The position numbers and the translations under genes are program-made. The notes beneath the pieces were generated by a model. The model saw nothing but the letters and a program-made list of their open reading frames with translations. It searched no databases and was not told where the DNA came from. From positions 142,612 through 206,611 of the forward strand of contig JAJDCD010000010.1 of NCBI GenBank assembly GCA_029261035.1: DNA of 64,000 bases, given 5' to 3'. How positions within the stretch are numbered: the stretch's first letter is position 1; each line of letters opens with the position of its first letter. Shown here one piece after another: positions 58,932 through 64,000 of the stretch. This DNA is from Candidatus Omnitrophota bacterium. Its GTDB lineage: Bacteria; Omnitrophota; Omnitrophia; Omnitrophales; JACROU01.

Positions 58932-61900
58932 TTACGCCATACTCGCAATCAAGTTCACAACTTTTTGTTTCAACAAAGCATTCTTCAAGAAACGTTCAAT
59001 GAAACGCTCTGTCACTCGATAACGATCATTTTCAAAAACAACATAGCCTTGTTTCAATAAGGCTTCAGGATCCTGCAACAGCTTCATCGCTAAAGCAAGA
59101 CTCACAAAATCCGTATAGAGCTGTTCTTCTTCAGACGCAGCTCTCTCGCCTATCGTCATCGGCCTGTTTCGATGGATCTCCAGCTCCCTTAAAACAGAAT
59201 CAATCACTCCATCGTCATCCATCCAAACCACTTCATCCCTAGATTCTAAACCACTATCCTTTTTTATCCAATTCAAACTTCTTCTTCCCTGCTCATCAAA
59301 CTCTACGGTTTTACCCGAAAGCAACGAATCTAAAAATTCATCGGGTTGCATCTTAACGTTTGGTAACGAAACAAAATAACCATGTTTTCTCATTTGAGCT
59401 TCTGTAAGAGAACCTTTTCGAATCATCTCCATCGCTAAACGGCTCATCGTTTCCTTATAAGCCTTATTATCATAATAGATCACAACCGTCTTTCCCTGAG
59501 CAATTTGCTGCAACACTGCATCAGGACTCATTTCTCCAGAAATCACAACCGCAAAGTTCGCGACTCCAAGGACATCAAACAACTCCTTCAAAGCAGGCTC
59601 ATCCTGAATTAATGTATTCATACGTTGTTGCATGGATTCCCATTCAGAAAATAAAATATCATAAATTTGCTGATAAATCGTTGGGAAATAAACACGCAAA
59701 TCCAAACTAATCATTCGACCTGCAGCATCCGTCATAATCAATATAGACTCAACTGAATTCTGATATTCCACATCTAAGACAGCACCCAAACTCTCCGCTT
59801 CGGCCTTATCCAACCATTCTTCTTCTAGTTCACCTTTAAGCAATGTGTCTGACAATCGATCTTTTCTTAACGCTTCAGCATACTGAACCAGCTGACCTTG
59901 TACTGTATCTAATTTTAAAACCTCTATTTTTTCTATAATTTCCAGAATCTCAGGTGTTTTTTCCAAGCGAATAAAATCCAGTTCTCTTTTTTCGTTGTGA
60001 CCTAAATTAATTAAATTAAAGGTAACTGTCTGCCTAAAACGCATTCTGTATTCTTGAGAAATAGAATGAATGGCCTTTTCCGCTCTATCCATATAACCCC
60101 TTTTACCCTCTCGACTCAAACTCTGCGGTAAAGCCAAGTACAGAGCAATCAAAATAAAAGCACTCTGGGATTCTTCACTTTCTTCTGAGAGGCTTAAAAC
60201 ATCTTCCACAAATGCTTCATCAATCGATTTATCTGAAGCAGCATAAGCCTCTAACGTATTTAAAAAAGACATTAAAACTCCCGAGGCATTTTTGGACTGA
60301 GCTATATCTATAAGAAATTGAAGGTTTAAAAACTCCTGATAAATGGGATTCTTAAAAGCCAATTCAACAAACATCTTCCAAGATCCAAAAGTAACATGCT
60401 CGGGAGGAACATTTTTAAGAGCCAGAAGTTTTTTTATTTTCTCTATATCTTCTTCAGAAAGGGCTCCAAAATATTCATCAACCCTTTTCAAGTTAAGAAA
60501 ACTTTTATATGCATTTTGAGAACGAGAATAAAATTGAAATAACAAATCAAGCCATTTTGCACAATCTGCCTTTTTGATGGAGTCCGTACGTTTCACTGAT
60601 TCAAGAATTTGATACACTTTTTCAGAATTATCTTGGGATAATATTGTTTTCCAGCTTGGATCAAGCTCTTCCCAAGGGCCCAATGCATGCTCTAAGTTCT
60701 TTTCATATTGTCCCAAGCTCTGAGCCTTAACTCGATCGAGCCATTCTCCTTCGAGCTTTTCTTCTCCCTTTGGTTGCTGGGTCTTTTCTTCCTTTTTCCA
60801 AATCTGATCCAGATTATATAATTGTTCTTGAACAGATTTTGGGTCCGAGATAGATAACCTTTCTAATACTTCTAAAAGTTCATCTCCTTTCTGATGTTTG
60901 ATTACAAAAGCCTCATGAACCATAGCTTCTCTCTCAGGCCCTATATGGATGATTTCACTTAACACTGAGGATAAATCTTTCTTTTGGTCGAGTTCTATAT
61001 CGCTTATAGTCATAAATATTTTTTTAAGCCTTTCGAACACTTGACCCCTCTCAAACACTGTTAAATCATTGGGGAAACTTAACAGAAGGATAAAAAATAT
61101 ATTTCTTTCTACAGATATCATTTTCTGCAATTCATGTAATTGACTTAATAACAAGGTATCAATAATACCTCCCCCATCAGCATAAGTCTCTAATTGATCA
61201 AAATATATTCCCGCATCCGTATCTGTATTATTTCTCTGAGAAATCATATAAGTAATTAAATCCCAATCTAATAATTCTTGATACTCTCTGTGTTTTTTTG
61301 TAAGTATTAAAAATGCTGTCCATGCGTTGATATAATAAATAAACCCATCTCCCTGAAGACTAAACTGATTAAAAAGTTGCTGCATTAACTGTAAAATATT
61401 TGTATTTAAAGAGTTCGTTGGGTCTGTATATACATGGAATGCAAATCTTTTCCATACCCCAGGAACTTCTTCCAAATCCAGACGCTGAGCCCTTGCCGTC
61501 AAAGACTGAAAAAAATCAAGCCAATCAACCAAATCTTCTGTCGTCTTAATGACTTGCTTGTCAACAAACAGGCTAAACACATCAATTAAATCAGCATAAG
61601 AAGAAATTACTTCCTGAGACTGGTCCGACAATAACTCAAAAGGAATCAGCTGAGAGAGATTAGACTCTTCATACTGCTCCTGTGCATTTCCCAAACTCTG
61701 CGCCACAGAAAGATCTAACCATTCCGTTTCTGTATTATTAGGCTCTATTATTTGCTCAGAGCTCATGTACTCATCAATCCATTCGTCTATTATTCTGTTA
61801 ACAGTTTTTGTTATTTCCTCTATAGGCAACACGTCAAGTCGTTCTAAAATTTCCAGAAGCTCTAAACCTTGCCGCTTGTCAATAAACAAACGTGCATATC

Positions 61901-64000
61901 TTTTAGATAGTCTGTTAAGAGCTCTATACAGTTCCTGATTTAGTCCCGTAAGATCACTGATAGAGTTAAAAATAGTTTCTATTCTATTAATATGATTTTG
62001 GTCTGTATTTGGAATGGCTAATGCTATTAGTATTGCTAGAGATTGAGAGCGCTGATCCCCATAGAAAATATAGTTTTGGCCGAATTTTTGAACGATACGT
62101 ATAAAACGGTTTAAGATATCAGGAAAAATCACCGGATTTATTAAATAAAATTCTCTAAGACGCTTTTTCCACTTATGGTAATCTAGACTAGAATTAACAA
62201 ACCCTTTATCTGTTAAAATTTGAATGAATTTTATAATGTCTGGGTGTTGATTCAACATTTCACGGTCTGAACTCTTAAAGTTATTGAACGGCATTCTACC
62301 TTCAAAAAATTCAACCGCAGAGCCTGGATAAAGGTCCTCTGCAGACTTTTCTCCTAAACTCTTTGCTTCTACTTGTTGTTGTCTTGCTCTATACCCCTTT
62401 CGCCTTAACTCACGCACTCTCCGTTGAAATCTTTTAAATGCGTGCTCTCCATGATAATCAACAAATTCTTTCTCATATTTGTATAGTCTTGAGAGGAAGT
62501 CGGATTGAGCTTCTCCAAGCAAAATTTGGGTTTCATAATCATCATTCTCATTTGCCGCCCTCATAATTTTTTTTGAGACATTTATCATAGAATGAGGCCA
62601 TCTTCGATCCATATTTTCTATCATCACTCGTGCTGGAATATTTTTAAGGTAATAAATAAAAAGAGGGGCTAACTCACGGTAGCCTAACCCTCTAGAAATA
62701 CCATACAATTCATCAAAATCTAAACTGAAGGCGCTTGTTTGAGCTACTTTTTCGTAGAACTCTTCTATGTCGCCTCTTTTTTCAATTTGCCGAAGAACTA
62801 TGATAAATTTTCTTGCGTTGTAGGCAATCAACTTCTTTTCTCTCTCCCATAAATTAAAAAAGGGCATTTTATATTTATCGTAGTCTAATTGAATCAAGGT
62901 TGAGAGAACATTGAATTGAATCATATCCACTTTATACAGTGTCTTTTTAAAAGGGTTCTGATACATATACTCTAAAGCTACTTTATTTTTTTCATTAATG
63001 GCTCTTCTGTACAAAGTATCAAAAAGCTCCTGAATTGGAACTCCCTCTTCCATCGCCTGCATTACAAGAGGTAAAAGCTTCTCTGTTTGCTTTCCTTTTT
63101 CAGCCACATCCGTCCACTCCAAAATAACATCATGTATTTCATTGTATCTCTCGATAGCTTTCGGAGTTCCTGTGTAAACGACTGGATTAACAGCGAAACG
63201 TTTTGGAAATAACTTCAAATCCATAACTGCTTCGTAAGCATATTTTTCAGGATTAAGTTTAGACAAATATTTTAAGGTTTTAGCTCTCTTTCGATACCAG
63301 TAAACATGATTCGCAGGACCCGCCATCATCATAGCGTACCAATTATTCACCGTTTTGTTATAAGCCACTTCAGGAGAGGCAAAGCCAAAGAAAAGATAAT
63401 AAAGAAGAGGGGCTATTAGTACCAATGCTAAGAAGCTCTTTTTCCACCAAGACATTTTCTGAGGAGGCGCTCTTTCAGCATTGATTAAACCGTCATCCCC
63501 TTCAGCATATTCATCTCCAGCATCTACATCCCCCAAACTAAACCCTTCTGCTTCCGGATCAAATTGATACACTTCCTGTTCTGTGTCTTTCGTGTAGGGT
63601 TCGTAAACGTTTGTGTTGGGGTTCCATTGAATGCGTGCAGGCTCCGATCTAAATTCCTCTTCTCCTTCTTTTTGGTATTTAAACTCTAATACCCATTTTC
63701 CGGTTTCATTGTGAAGGGTCAGTTCTACCTTTTTTAGATTAGTCACAGCTCCAAAAGCGAGCACCTTCTTCATTCGCTCTCCATTCGGTTGGGGGAAACT
63801 TTTCCGTAATTGTCCTTTAGACATCTGAACCAACTCTTCAACCCCTCCGACTTTTCGACTCTCTCCTTCTCTTAACTCATCAAAGGCTTCTTCTATTTTT
63901 CTTTCTAGCCTTTGCTTTTCGGTCTCATACTTCTTTCCATTCCAATAGACTCTTGCGATTCCTTCTTCTTTGCTCTCAGACTCATACATAAACTCTAATT
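58932..64000 (-). CDS. Giant modular hypothetical protein, 5' end beyond the window; modules separated by [A/G]xSLG
   Basis: Frame stays open upstream of the track's Met at 63989 (..LEF-MYESE) to the window edge; five xxSLG motifs; three homologous helical modules. Confidence 0.85.
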   Translation of the reverse strand, partial: LEFMYESESKEEGIARVYWNGKKYETEKQRLERKIEEAFDELREGESRKVGGVEELVQMSKGQLRKSFPQPNGERMKKVLAFGAVTNLKKVELTLHNETGKWVLEFKYQKEGEEEFRSEPARIQWNPNTNVYEPYTKDTEQEVYQFDPEAEGFSLGDVDAGDEYAEGDDGLINAERAPPQKMSWWKKSFLALVLIAPLLYYLFFGFASPEVAYNKTVNNWYAMMMAGPANHVYWYRKRAKTLKYLSKLNPEKYAYEAVMDLKLFPKRFAVNPVVYTGTPKAIERYNEIHDVILEWTDVAEKGKQTEKLLPLVMQAMEEGVPIQELFDTLYRRAINEKNKVALEYMYQNPFKKTLYKVDMIQFNVLSTLIQLDYDKYKMPFFNLWEREKKLIAYNARKFIIVLRQIEKRGDIEEFYEKVAQTSAFSLDFDELYGISRGLGYRELAPLFIYYLKNIPARVMIENMDRRWPHSMINVSKKIMRAANENDDYETQILLGEAQSDFLSRLYKYEKEFVDYHGEHAFKRFQRRVRELRRKGYRARQQQVEAKSLGEKSAEDLYPGSAVEFFEGRMPFNNFKSSDREMLNQHPDIIKFIQILTDKGFVNSSLDYHKWKKRLREFYLINPVIFPDILNRFIRIVQKFGQNYIFYGDQRSQSLAILIALAIPNTDQNHINRIETIFNSISDLTGLNQELYRALNRLSKRYARLFIDKRQGLELLEILERLDVLPIEEITKTVNRIIDEWIDEYMSSEQIIEPNNTETEWLDLSVAQSLGNAQEQYEESNLSQLIPFELLSDQSQEVISSYADLIDVFSLFVDKQVIKTTEDLVDWLDFFQSLTARAQRLDLEEVPGVWKRFAFHVYTDPTNSLNTNILQLMQQLFNQFSLQGDGFIYYINAWTAFLILTKKHREYQELLDWDLITYMISQRNNTDTDAGIYFDQLETYADGGGIIDTLLLSQLHELQKMISVERNIFFILLLSFPNDLTVFERGQVFERLKKIFMTISDIELDQKKDLSSVLSEIIHIGPEREAMVHEAFVIKHQKGDELLEVLERLSISDPKSVQEQLYNLDQIWKKEEKTQQPKGEEKLEGEWLDRVKAQSLGQYEKNLEHALGPWEELDPSWKTILSQDNSEKVYQILESVKRTDSIKKADCAKWLDLLFQFYSRSQNAYKSFLNLKRVDEYFGALSEEDIEKIKKLLALKNVPPEHVTFGSWKMFVELAFKNPIYQEFLNLQFLIDIAQSKNASGVLMSFLNTLEAYAASDKSIDEAFVEDVLSLSEESEESQSAFILIALYLALPQSLSREGKRGYMDRAEKAIHSISQEYRMRFRQTVTFNLINLGHNEKRELDFIRLEKTPEILEIIEKIEVLKLDTVQGQLVQYAEALRKDRLSDTLLKGELEEEWLDKAEAESLGAVLDVEYQNSVESILIMTDAAGRMISLDLRVYFPTIYQQIYDILFSEWESMQQRMNTLIQDEPALKELFDVLGVANFAVVISGEMSPDAVLQQIAQGKTVVIYYDNKAYKETMSRLAMEMIRKGSLTEAQMRKHGYFVSLPNVKMQPDEFLDSLLSGKTVEFDEQGRRSLNWIKKDSGLESRDEVVWMDDDGVIDSVLRELEIHRNRPMTIGERAASEEEQLYTDFVSLALAMKLLQDPEALLKQGYVVFENDRYRVTERFIERFLKNALLKQKVVNLIASMA

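Noticed and set aside
59784-62366. Repeats in giant protein 2 as DGR template/variable repeats or an assembly artefact
   Set aside because: Copies are highly diverged at DNA level, differences are not adenine-specific, and there is no reverse transcriptase in the window.

Overview
AT-rich bacterial chromosomal window, with most genes on the minus strand. Core content: a TCA/respiration block (icd, mdh, sdhCAB, gamma-CA, 5' part of sucC), a Rieske/split cytochrome b complex with an octaheme cytochrome c, MarR-TolC-RND, cysE, two tandem ychF paralogs, rlmN, a two-component pair, mutS-mutL, lpxA, fabF, and a cofactor/sulfur block (moeB-rhodanese, ferredoxin, cysteine desulfurases, ThiF, CofH/MqnC-like radical SAM, nadA, thiC, truD, iscA, iscS). 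The gene style and giant proteins suggest a PVC-group organism such as Omnitrophota (inference). The most striking signal is two giant proteins (2292 aa, and >1685 aa truncated by the window edge). Their modules are punctuated nine times by the same short motif, [A/G]-x-S-L-G, and their C-terminal tails are similar. The complete one has a signal peptide and an N-terminal domain with TraB/TIKI/EreA-ChaN-like motifs. I propose a secreted, self-processing polyprotein (cargo-delivery) system. Also found: two unannotated tandem paralogous 47-aa membrane peptides divergent from an Xre regulator with palindromic operators, and several families of intergenic palindromic or heptamer repeats. No rRNA, tRNA, CRISPR array or transposase was seen.
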